DNA from: the human T2T-CHM13v2.0 reference genome, Homo sapiens
Length of the DNA: 64,000 bases
NCBI RefSeq assembly: GCF_009914755.1
Contig: NC_060925.1
Reading direction: 5' to 3' (one strand)
Below, piece after piece: positions 53,281 through 64,000 of the stretch (position 1 is the first letter of the stretch; the number at the start of each line of letters is the position of its first letter). The notes beneath the pieces were generated by a model. The model was given only the letters and a program-made list of their open reading frames with translations, was not told the origin of the DNA and did not search any database. The position numbers and the translations under genes were made by a program.

Positions 53281-53621
53281 GAGCAATAGTACAAAGGAGA
53301 GGAATCAAACAATGTGCCTGGAGATAAAGAGAATAAGTTCATTCACCTGGAACCTGGGATTCATGCAAAGGAAGAATGTAAATTTAGGTGGAAAGTGGAG
53401 AGAAAAAAGGAAAGGTTTGAGCATGAGAGCAATAGTATAAGAAGAGGTGGGCTAGTAACATTTTTTTGTTTGTCTTGGAGGGGGGTGATGAAATTATATC
53501 TATATTGATTTTTTGTTTCTTATCTGTTATCTGTCTTATTTATAAAGAAACAATGGTTCTGGGAAATACCAAAGCCACCTCCTGTACAGAAGCACATATT
53601 CCAAACTAATATGTGCTCCAC

Positions 53622-54306
53622 TGAAACTGCCTTTGCAAAGATTGTATCAGTGAGAAAATTATGGCAGTGGGGAGATCTGGTCTAACCCAACCTCCATCTT
53701 GCCTTTTCCTCAATTATTCCTGGGCTTTTGGGCCTAGCTAACTTTGAGAGACATTTAGGTTATAGTTTAAATGATAATAGCCCTTCCTCAAAACTCAACT
53801 TTGTAAGCTAATGAAAGACCACCAGGCTATGGGGAGGAGAGGAATCTGAATTCTGCTAAGGTGTAGACTGGTTACAAGATACGCAACTTGTCAGTTACCT
53901 TTGCATATAACCTCACTATGTAGATTGGCCTTTTGAGGTATCTTTTCAGGTTTTTTGCATGTCTCACACCCATGGCTCTACCTGGACCCATTGACCAATG
54001 ACTCTTCTGTGGCCCCACCCAGAAGCAACTCAATGCAAGAGGACAGCTTCAACCCCCTATGACTTCATGTTCTCCCCAACCAATCAGCAGTTAAGCACAC
54101 ATTGCACAGCCACCCCCACTCCTTCCCCCTAACTAATTAAAAAAAAAAAAAAACCTAACCTGTGAGCCTTTAAGGAGATTAATTTGAGTAATAACTCTGT
54201 CTCTGGCATGACATGATTGGTCTTCTGTCAATTAAACTCTTCCTTTACTTCAATGCTGTGGTCTTTACTTGTGCAGCAGGCAGGAAGAAACCATCAGGGG
54301 ATTACA
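53622..54306 (+). mobile_element. ERV1 solo LTR (MER50/LTR8-related)
   Basis: TGAAACTGCCTTTGCAAAGATT...GGGGATTACA; TSD CCAC/CCAT. Confidence 0.82.
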
Positions 54307-56018
54307 CCATTTCTATCACTACAGTCTCTTGTATGATGTTGACAAAGCCAAATAGCAGGACAAAGAGTGTCAAAATTTTTGTAATGCTTGGTTTTTGTGT
54401 GATAAAAACCAGGCCCTGGAACAAGTTATCATAGCCCATTAAGATTCTACTTTTTAAGGCAAGGTGCTGAAAACATCGCTATTGTCTGAGAAGATTCTAC
54501 AGCTATCGTTGCATCAAATCCTTTTCAGAGATAAATTGCAAAATACTCAGAGCTGCTATAGAAAGTGCACTGTTCAAAGTACAAGGACTTGTTATAGGGA
54601 AGTACTGTGCCTTGAAAGTGACTGACTTTCCCTTGTACTCACACCAGGTGACAGAGTGTCAAACCTGGCACAGTCCAGTTGCCATCAATATTCATTAACA
54701 ACCAGGAAATACACAGAAACGCAGCCCTTGATTTTCTAAGCAGGGAAAACTCTTTGTTTTAGAATATATCTCTTTATAAACAATATTTTTCAATATAACA
54801 AACTATCAAAATATTTTGTATCCATTCATTTGTGTAATGAATACTCCATAGATATAGAATTAAATTTTACAAAATTGAACTAAAATAAGTCTAGGGCTTT
54901 TAAAAAATGTGATTAGATAATTTTAGGCATATTATATTTCACATTCTCCTACTGGTTACACAGTAACATTCTGCCAGGAAATTTGCCAAATTTTTTGTGC
55001 TCATTCCAGTAAGTTAGGTAAGAGACAACATTTTTTCCCCCGAAAGACTGCAAACACTTCATCATCCATTCACCAGTGTGAAAACAATATTTAAGAAGAA
55101 ATTCTCTTCCACCCACGCATGTACTCCTCAGGATAACAGTTTGTCTTATGTGTAAATTCCTTCTGGTGACTGCCACGTGGGTCTTGATTTTAAAAAGCAA
55201 TGAGCCTACACTCAAAGGCAAACATTTCTACCAGTATCTCGACTTTTCCTCCTCTCCCTTAAATCTGACCAGTGTCAGAAGAGAAGATATCCTTTCCTCC
55301 CTGGCTATCAGAAAGCAGAGCTGTGGGGTGTTTCTCTTCTCCTGATCAGGACACATTGGCTTTCAATGTGTTCACTTTTGAAATTCATGTCACATATGAC
55401 TAAAGTTCACTGGGATGAACCAACACTATTTTCATATGTAGAAATGCCACCAAGAGGCTTTATTTAGTTCAAAGTGCACAGAAAACTTCTGATATTCTAC
55501 AGCATGTATTGTCTGTGGCACCTTGTCATGTCACTCTATCATGTATTTCACTATTTGAGTGCTGTGTGCTGTGTGTAAATATTTTCCCCTAAGATTGTAG
55601 GCTCCTTCCATCTGGGGACAGCACCAGGTGCCTCTTTTGTGGTTTTTGGGGCCTGTACCTGTACTTGAGCATAGCAAATACTTGTACATAGATAGATTAA
55701 CAAATTAAGGAAAGCACTTGTAAATTCTGGACCATTTGTTAATTACTAGGGAATCAGATAATGAGTAGAACCTTAAAAGTCAGTACTAAAGTAATGCTTT
55801 TATTTTGTTTTTGTGGATGAGATAATGTGACAGATTTGTGCATCTTAAACAAACTTATAATAATTATATCAGGAAAGAAAAGCATAATCATATACCATCA
55901 AACAATATCATGTGTGAGGACAAACAGAAGGATATTCTAGGAATTGAATCCTATATATGCTATACTCATGAAGAAAAATACAAGTTGGCTTACTTTATGC
56001 TCAGCCTCAACCAGGTCA

Positions 56019-56402
56019 TGTTATAGACTGAATGTTGTGTCCCCCGCAATTCATATGTTGAAGTCCTAACTCCCAGTGTGGCTGTATTTGGAGATGGGGT
56101 CTCTAATGAAGTAATTAAAATCAAATAAGTTCATAAGGGTAGGTCCCTGGGGTTGAAGTCTAAGACAAGACACCAGAGAGCTGGTTTTCTTTCTCTCTCT
56201 AGGTATTCACCAAGGAAAGGTCTTATAAGGACATGGAAAGAAGGTGGCTGTCTAGAAGCCAGGAAGAGAGTCTTCATCTGAAACCAAATTGGCCAGACCC
56301 TTGATCTTGAACTTCTAGCTTCCAGTATTGTGAGAAATAGATTTTTGTTGTTGAAGTCAACAATCATGTATTTTGTTATGGCGGCCTGAGCTGACCAATA
56401 CA
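56019..56402 (+). mobile_element. ERVL-MaLR solo LTR (MLT1A-like)
   Basis: TGTTATAGACTGAATGTTGTGTCCCC..AATTCATATGTTGAAGTCCTAA...GCTGACCAATACA. Confidence 0.88.
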
Positions 56403-56594
56403 GTCTGCCATATCTGATCTCTATTAGCTGTCTTCTATTTGCTTCTAATTTTTATCAGTCTGCATCCTAGCAGCCCAAAGGTGAGATAGTGAGAGTGACA
56501 TTTAATTATCCTTGCTTTAAAGGCAACAAAAGGGTACCACCTAAGACATGGATGCACTGCAAGCTAGGGTAGTAAGTGACCTGGCAGCTATCAC

Positions 56595-58310
56595 ATCATT
56601 CTTGATTTACTCAACAAGCTTTTTTTTTGAGGGCCTCCTATGTGTCAGGCACGGTTCCAGGTGCTGGGATATGGTAGCAGGCAGACTACATGAAGCTTGT
56701 ATTCTAGTTTATTGTCTATTATGGTCAAAGAGAGCTTAAATACCAACCTAAGCACAATATAAAAATAGTATTCAATGACAGTTGATGGCAGCTGAGTAAA
56801 GACCTGGAAGAGGGAAGAGAGAGAGAGCCATGTAGCTATCTGTGAAATGAGAATTCCTGTCGTGAGATGGCCTGAGTGCTCCTGAGGAACAGAAAAGAAC
56901 AGAAAACAGGTCAGGGTGGTGGAAGTGTGAGAGCCTGAAGAGTTGAGCTCAGAGCCTTAATGGGTGCAGGGGAAGCTGATGATGCAGGGTCTTTTCTGTA
57001 AGGCATTCATCACACTGTAGTTTTAACTCTGTGTGGGATGTGAAGCCACTGGGGGGTTTGCAGCAGAGATGTGACCCAAGACGTCTAATGTCTAACATTT
57101 TAGCTTGATTACCTGGGCTGTGGTGTTGAGAAAAGTCTGAGGAGCTGATAAACTTTTTAGGAGACTATTGTGATAGTTCAGTTGAGAAATGATGGTAGAT
57201 TTAACCAGGCTAGAGTAATGGAGGTGGCAAGAAGTGATCACATTTTGAATATATTTTGAGAGTAAGATTCAAATAATTTGTTGACAGGATTGGATATGGG
57301 ATGTGAATGAAAGGAATTAAGAATCACTCCAAAAATTTTAAACTCAGCAACCAGAGGATGGAGATGCCATTGGCTGAGGTGGGGAAGCTGTGGGAGGAAG
57401 GATCTGGAGTTGGGGGATGGGACACCAGGATCTTGGCTTTAGACAAATTAAGTTTGAGATATGTATTTGATATTCAAGGGGAGATGTTGAGTGAGCAGGT
57501 AGTAAGCAGTAGTTAAGATGGAATCAGTGACAAGATGTGTGTCTGCTGGTGGGAAAGATATCTCAGAGATGGGAAAACTGATAGTGGGGAAGGAGAGGAG
57601 AGGTTTGCTGGAGTGACATTCTCCAATAGGTGAGAGGAGATGGAATGTGGTGTCCCCCCCAAAACTCAGGCATTTATTCAGACTAACAGGAAAAAGAGTT
57701 TGTAGCACAGATGCAGGGGGTGGGTAAATGTGATGTTTGGGAGTTTGTGGAAATTCTCTACTGACTACTTCAGTTTTCTCAGTGAAAAAGGAAGAAAGGT
57801 GACAACTGAGAGAGAAAATAGGTAAGGAGGAGTGAGAGGTTTGATGAAAAAGAAGATATGAAACAATGGTTTGGGAAAGCGAGAATGCATGGACTCAGAA
57901 ATGATGGCTGAATTTCCTGCCAGTTGGAAGGGTCCCCTTTAAGGTTACGGTTGTGAATTTAAACAGAGACTGGCCTGTCTCCAGCCACAATCAGCTGAGC
58001 AGGTGCAGGCATGGATTAGGCAGAGAGCTGGAGTTTTGCCAAACAAGGAAGACAAGGTGAGAGAGGGCCCATGGAGTGAAGGGTCTAACCAAGGGAGCAA
58101 TTATCATGATGAACTACGAAGGCTGAGCTGTTACAGAACAGCGATGACACGATGGGGCTGAGGGACCTTGAAAAGGTGGCGGATCAACAGATTGAGGTTC
58201 CCTGGGCTGGCAAAGGATTGCTGGAGTCATGGTACCAGAGGAAGTGAGCTGGTGTGAGAGGAGGTGGAGACCAGAGAGTGAAATTCTTAAAATGGAGACT
58301 GTGGCCACTG
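56595..58310 (-). mobile_element. L2 (long degraded copy)
   Basis: Starts with the reverse L2 3' end (TCATTC..TCAACAAG..TTGAGGGCCTCCTATGTGTCAGGCAC..GGTGCTGGGAT) followed by purine-rich L2 body motifs; distal boundary approximate. Confidence 0.7.
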
Positions 58311-59852
58311 TGTCCTGAGTCCTCAAATCCAATTTACAGAAAGGCCTTTGACTAACAGGTAAAATCCATTAATTAATGAGAGTCTTAAAGTTTTAAAAGT
58401 GCCCCCAAGGCTGCAACTTCTGTTTGTTACTGTTTCCACAAGGAGAGGGCAGGCTAATAAAAATGTTACTGTATTCCTGGAAGTTAATGAATAATAAAAC
58501 CACATGCCTGGAAGCAACTTCAAGAGGTCCTAGTTCAGATGACTTCACATTCTCCCACCAATTCTGAACATCTTGGGGAAGAAAATGCCACCACCCAGGT
58601 GAGTTGGTCATTTGCTGCCAAACATTCTTGTTCAGGTGGTAGATTTTGTAAAACACTTTTATTGAATTAAAATCCTATGTCCTTTTTTATTTTCTTTAGG
58701 GAAGAGAGAGAAGAGCAGGTCAACATTATTTTTTAGTAACCCTTGACATTAGAAGGCAATTTTAAATTCGGATGTCATATGTACAAGGTGTCACCTTGCC
58801 AGGTGGTTTTCACCTGGAAGAGAGGTAGAGAAAGACCTCTAATGTCAAGAGACCAAAAAAGTTTGTTAATGTGCATTGAGATGGAAATGTCCCACCCTTC
58901 ATATTAAAAAAAATAGACCTTTATGTGTATTTATAATGATAGCATGTTATCTTAGCCAGAAAAATTGTGAGCCCCACATCTGAAAAAAAGATGCAATTTA
59001 TGTTTCCAAAACTGTAATGTCAATATATATATTTTTAAAGTCCATATTGTTTCTGAGTTTGGAGGTGTCTCCTTGCTAATTCTTTGCATTGGCTTGAATT
59101 GTACTTGGAATTCTCTGATTGCTGGTTTGTGCCTGGGAACACTATTCTCCTTTCTGGTTTTGCTGAGATGTGGAGTAGGAGGGCTTGTTAGGAAACTTGT
59201 TACATTTTGAACCAGCTGACTCAGGTGCTCTTGAGGAGAAGTTTGTTCTGAGGAGAAACTCTATTATTATAAGGCCTTATTAGGGTTTTTAAGCCTTGGG
59301 ATTTTTGGCAGGTCAATGTGCTAAATCATTAAAAATATGGAAATTCAGGTAGAAAGTCTTTTCTCTTTATTTTTTAAAGGGTGGAAACAAGCACACCAGA
59401 CAGACTAACCAGAAATCAAAGTGAAGGGAAAAACAACTGCTTCTTAGTTGTTGCTATTGCTGTTACAGTTATTGAAAAATGTTGATTGTATGTTTCTGGT
59501 TCTGATTAAAGGTAAGTAGATTTTAAAAGGAAATTCCTTTTAATAAAGGGGCCTAAAAGTCCCAAATTCAAGAGAGAAGTGAGAACAAATATTGATTATT
59601 CTCAAACTTGCCTAATTTACTGCAGCAATAGATACCTACATAAACATTTTCACAAAATTCTACCTGAAAAGTATGAGAAGGGAGCAGTTAGGAAGAAGTA
59701 TGTGATTTCTAGGTGGTATGCTTCATGTGGTGGGAAGAGGATAGGACATGATTAGATGTGTAAAAGAGGACGGTAAGAAGAGCTGTAACAGACTTAAGTT
59801 GAAAACTCATTCGAACTAGCTTAAGGGAAAACGAAACGGGAAGAAATAAATG

Positions 59853-60420
59853 CAACTTCCCGTTCCCTACCTCCCTACCCTGCAAGCCCTTAGTAACCAT
59901 CATTCTACTCTTTCTCCTATGAGTTGAGCTTGGTTAGATTTCACATGTAAATGAAATCATGCAGTATTGGTCTTTTTGTGCCTGGTTTATTTTGCTTAGC
60001 ATAATGTCCTCTAGATTAATCCACATTGTCACAATTGACAAGATTTTCTCCCTTTTAAAGGCTGAATAATATTCTATGGTGGACATATACCACATTTTCT
60101 TTATCCATTTATCTGTGGGATAGGGAGTAAGCTGTTGATCAAAGGGTACGAAGTTTCAGATAGACAAGAGGAATAGATTTTGAGATTTTATTGCACACCA
60201 GGGTGACTATTGTCGATAATAATGTATTATCTAATTCAAAATAACAGAGTAAATTTCAAATGTCTTATTATAATTATAAAAAGTGATAGGAAAGCAAGGT
60301 GATAGATATGTTAATCAGCTTGCATTAAACATACCACATTGTATACATACTCAAAACATCACATTGTATCTCATAAATGTATACAATCATGATTTGTCCA
60401 TTTTAAAAAGTAAAAATAAG
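59853..60420 (+). mobile_element. L1MA-type insertion with 5' inversion (about 59853-60116 inverted, 60117-60420 forward)
   Basis: Antisense L1 3'UTR segment followed directly by the sense 3' terminal segment; TSD AAGAAATAA(A/T)TG at 59841-59852 and 60421-60432. Confidence 0.8.
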
Positions 60421-61856
60421 AAGAAATAATTGTGGTTGAATCTGAGGGACTAGAAATAGGGGCTGGAATGACATTGGGACCAGGTAGCGGCTCGCTTTTC
60501 CTCCCCTCTCCAGCCCCACAGGGTCTTTTGCCTCGGCTTCTCTCTTGACTTTTACTTTCTCCCACCCACCTCACTTTCCTGTGGTTGAGTGTTTGCTACT
60601 CAGCACGTGTTCAACATGGTTGCACCACTGCCCCTGAGTGTACATGGGCTGAAATGAGGGAATAGAGTAGCTAACTGACTTGCCTCTCTCACAATTCCAA
60701 ACCACTGAGAGAAATTCTGATAGGCACCACTGTGGTCACAAGATGAGGCGGTGTCATCTGGTACAAATCAGAAGGCCAAATTTCTCTCTGTAGGTGGGGG
60801 TGGATAATGGAAGTTTTCTGAGAAGACTGTGGGATGGGGTAACACCCCAGGTGTGATGACTTTATATTACTAGGTTGGCTTAAATGGGGACTTTGGAAGA
60901 TGTATAGTTTGCATCGTCCAGTTTTTTTGCACAACTGCGTTTCTGTTGACATGTTGAGCAATCTCTCTCCTGAGACTTGAGAGCATTTGGGGAATAGCAT
61001 ATATCACAGTTAATTGCTGGTTCAGGCTGGCTCTTGCCAGTGGATCACTATTCTGTCATACTCAAAAGACTTTGGGTGATGTGGTGTGAATTCACAGAGC
61101 TCACTGCTGGTAAACAGGGGCCTTCTTCATCCCTCTTTTTCTTTAGTAGAATGAGTTAAAATTATTAAGTGGAGTGTATTTTTCTTTTATCTTTGAACAT
61201 ATTAAAACTAATTTAGTAAATGTGTATTTAAATATATTAATTTTATTACATTTTTAAAATATTTGGGAACATTGCAGCACAAAGATTTTCAATAAATATG
61301 ACCATAGGCCCATTTCGTAGCATATTTCTATGCTAGAAGTGTGATAAACTAAAAGAAAATTTGTATTTTTGGAAAAGATTTCTTGGGAAAGATTTCTGAA
61401 TTTCATAAGTAACCTGGAAACTCTTTAGTGAACGAGTGGCTGTGTATTTCTGCATCTATTTGGATTAGTATAGTAACAAACGTGTGAAACCACGTCGTCT
61501 GCTGTGAGTCAAATATTGCTCTCTGGGGGCTGCAACATTTCACACATCCTCCTTTTTGAGGGTAAAAAGGGGAGGGGAGCGTCTCTCTCTTTTTCTTAAT
61601 AGAATATATGTTTTCATTTAATAGATTTTGGAAATAAAATTTAGGTCGTGTTTTTCTTCTCCAAGTTTTGCATGCCTTTTGGCTCACAGGTTTCTCTTGC
61701 CAGGAAGCTTTTTAAAACTAAACGGTCCATATTTTGAGATACCATCCTCAACTAAGAAGTAAACTGTGAAATTCTCTGTAGTTCTTTGATTTAAAACACT
61801 TGGAAGGCATTCCATTTGTGTTTGCTTATGTTGATATGTCTATATTTTAAACATAA

Positions 61857-62339
<483 letters not shown>

Positions 62340-63555
62340 TAACTAATTTTCTTGTGGGTGAGTTGTCAGGAGCATCTCAGTGAAGACCAGAGAGGAAAGA
62401 TGGCACATAGTTCTTTCTTCATTTAATTAACCAAGTGGTATGAAACATTAACCAAGATTAACATACCTGTATTGGCATTATTAATACAATCCTCCTTACT
62501 ATTGGCCCATTAGCAATAACAGGTAATATCTTATAGAGATAAATGACTATAAATATGAAAGTGCATTTGAGATGATATCAGAGTTTAGGGTGTAGTAAGG
62601 ATTTTCATCCCTGCTCTGTTAACACCTTGATGTACAGACTTGAACAGGATACCCAATATTATGCCGAGGTTCTTCTCATTCTATCTCATGAGAAAGAGAG
62701 TATCTAAGGGTTGATCTTTTCAGGGATGGAAATCTGCAAACTGAGTCATTCACAACACACTCTAATGGTTGGTTTTAAAGACATATTGTCAGAGTAGAGA
62801 TGTCAGGGGCGCAGGTAGGCTGGCCAGCTAGACAGATTTTCACAGTGAAGCAGTAGTTTGATGGAGTTTCCATACCCTGGGACATGGGCCTCTGGTTTGA
62901 AGGCAAAGCATCTTGATTTCTTTTGCCATGTCTTCCAGACTTTATCAGGTTCTTCAGGTCTGGCTCATGTTAACTAAATTAACAACAATAACAGCAAACA
63001 CCTGATTTTATTAAAAGAAACAAGTTATTAATTTCCAGAGAATATGTCCTTTCAACATTCAGGTATTTGTTTCTGCCATTCAGGGATCCCAGTTTCTAGA
63101 ATTAAGTTACCAGCAAGAACATATTTATAAATAGAATACTGCTTGGAGATTGTGGAATCAGAGCAAAGATAATTGGATTAGTTTAAATGATACTTCAGTG
63201 ATGCCGTGGTAAATCCTGGTGAATTTTCCCTGCTTCTCAATAGGGCATAGTTTTTCTGTGACTCTTCCTCTAGATTCAGCATCTTTTTTTCTGATTCGGA
63301 GCGAGGTAAACTCTGTCAAAAACTTGGACTTCTTGTTTCCATGAATTCTGCATCTCATGCAGATTGTAGCCCTTCTGCCAACACATTCTTTTATTAGACC
63401 ATAGGTGACTTTAACAGTCAATCATATTTTCCTGTAGCTAAGTAATGTTGATTGAACTTGGGGGTTCTAAATATCTCTCAGTCACATAGTTTTAGGCCAT
63501 ATTTTAAGGTGGGTTTCTTCCACAGATGGCCAATTTCATGATAATAATAACTGCT

Positions 63556-63873
63556 GGCCAGGCATGCTGGCTCATGTCTGTAATCCCAGTACTTTGGGAG
63601 GCTGAGGCTGAAGAATTGCTTGGGGCCAGAAGTTTGAGAACAGCCTGGGCAACACAGTGAGACCTTGACTCCACCAAAAATAAAAATAAAAATAAATAAA
63701 TAAATAAATTAGCAGGGCATGGTGGCATGCACCTGTAGTCCTAGCTACTCAGGAGGCTGAAGTGGAAGGAGGATGGATCTCTTGAGCTCAGGAGGTTGAG
63801 GCTGCAGTGAGTTATGATCACTCCACTACACTCCAGCCTGGGCAACAGAGCAAGGCTCTGTCTCTAAATAATA
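63556..63873 (+). mobile_element. Alu (AluJ-like)
   Basis: Full dimer; TSD ATAATAATAACTGC at 63541-63554 and 63874-63887. Confidence 0.93.
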
Positions 63874-63949
63874 ATAATAATAACTGCCATTTTTTTAGCT
63901 TACAATATACCACCAGGTTCTTGTTTTCACAGACTGTGTATTATAATAT

Positions 63950-64000
63950 CTATTTCTGAAGTAAGAAAATTGAGACTCAAAGAGTTAAAGGACTTTCTTT
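63950..64000. mobile_element. MIR fragment
   Basis: GAAAATTGAGACTCAAAGAGTTAAAGGACTT resembles the MIR core. Confidence 0.55.

Noticed and set aside
51823-54306. LTR8 and MER50-like LTR as the two ends of one provirus
   Set aside because: The LTRs are related but clearly different, the second has its own TSD, and there is no primer-binding site or gag/pol sequence between them

Overview
This is human/primate genomic DNA, recognisable from the encoded proteins as the C1orf53-LHX9 locus (1q31), with both genes on the + strand. C1orf53 has 3 coding exons (2046-2309, 5193-5294, 6546-6617) giving 145 aa with a C-terminal [17 protein letters not shown] (DUF5522-type) motif. LHX9, a LIM-homeodomain transcription factor, has 5 coding exons (17216-28659) giving 397 aa. 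LHX9 also has an upstream alternative first coding exon (MLNGTTLEA, 11925-11952) and a short distal terminal exon (31319-31375) that removes the homeodomain recognition helix (Lhx9-alpha type); neither appears in the ORF track. From about 600 to 35500 there is no recognisable Alu, L1 or LTR, and the region carries a chain of CpG islands. From 35500 to the end the window is repeat-dense intergenic DNA: Alus, L1, L2, L3/CR1, Tigger3, MER5A, a Charlie-like element and five solo LTRs. The best candidates for something new are: (1) C1orf53 as a possibly mitochondrially targeted small protein with a CC-x3-C-x2-C Fe-S/metal-binding motif; (2) layered splice and translation switches in LHX9; (3) a non-repeat multi-hairpin palindromic element at about 58.7-58.9 kb. 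Repeat subfamily names are from recognition by eye and were not checked with RepeatMasker.
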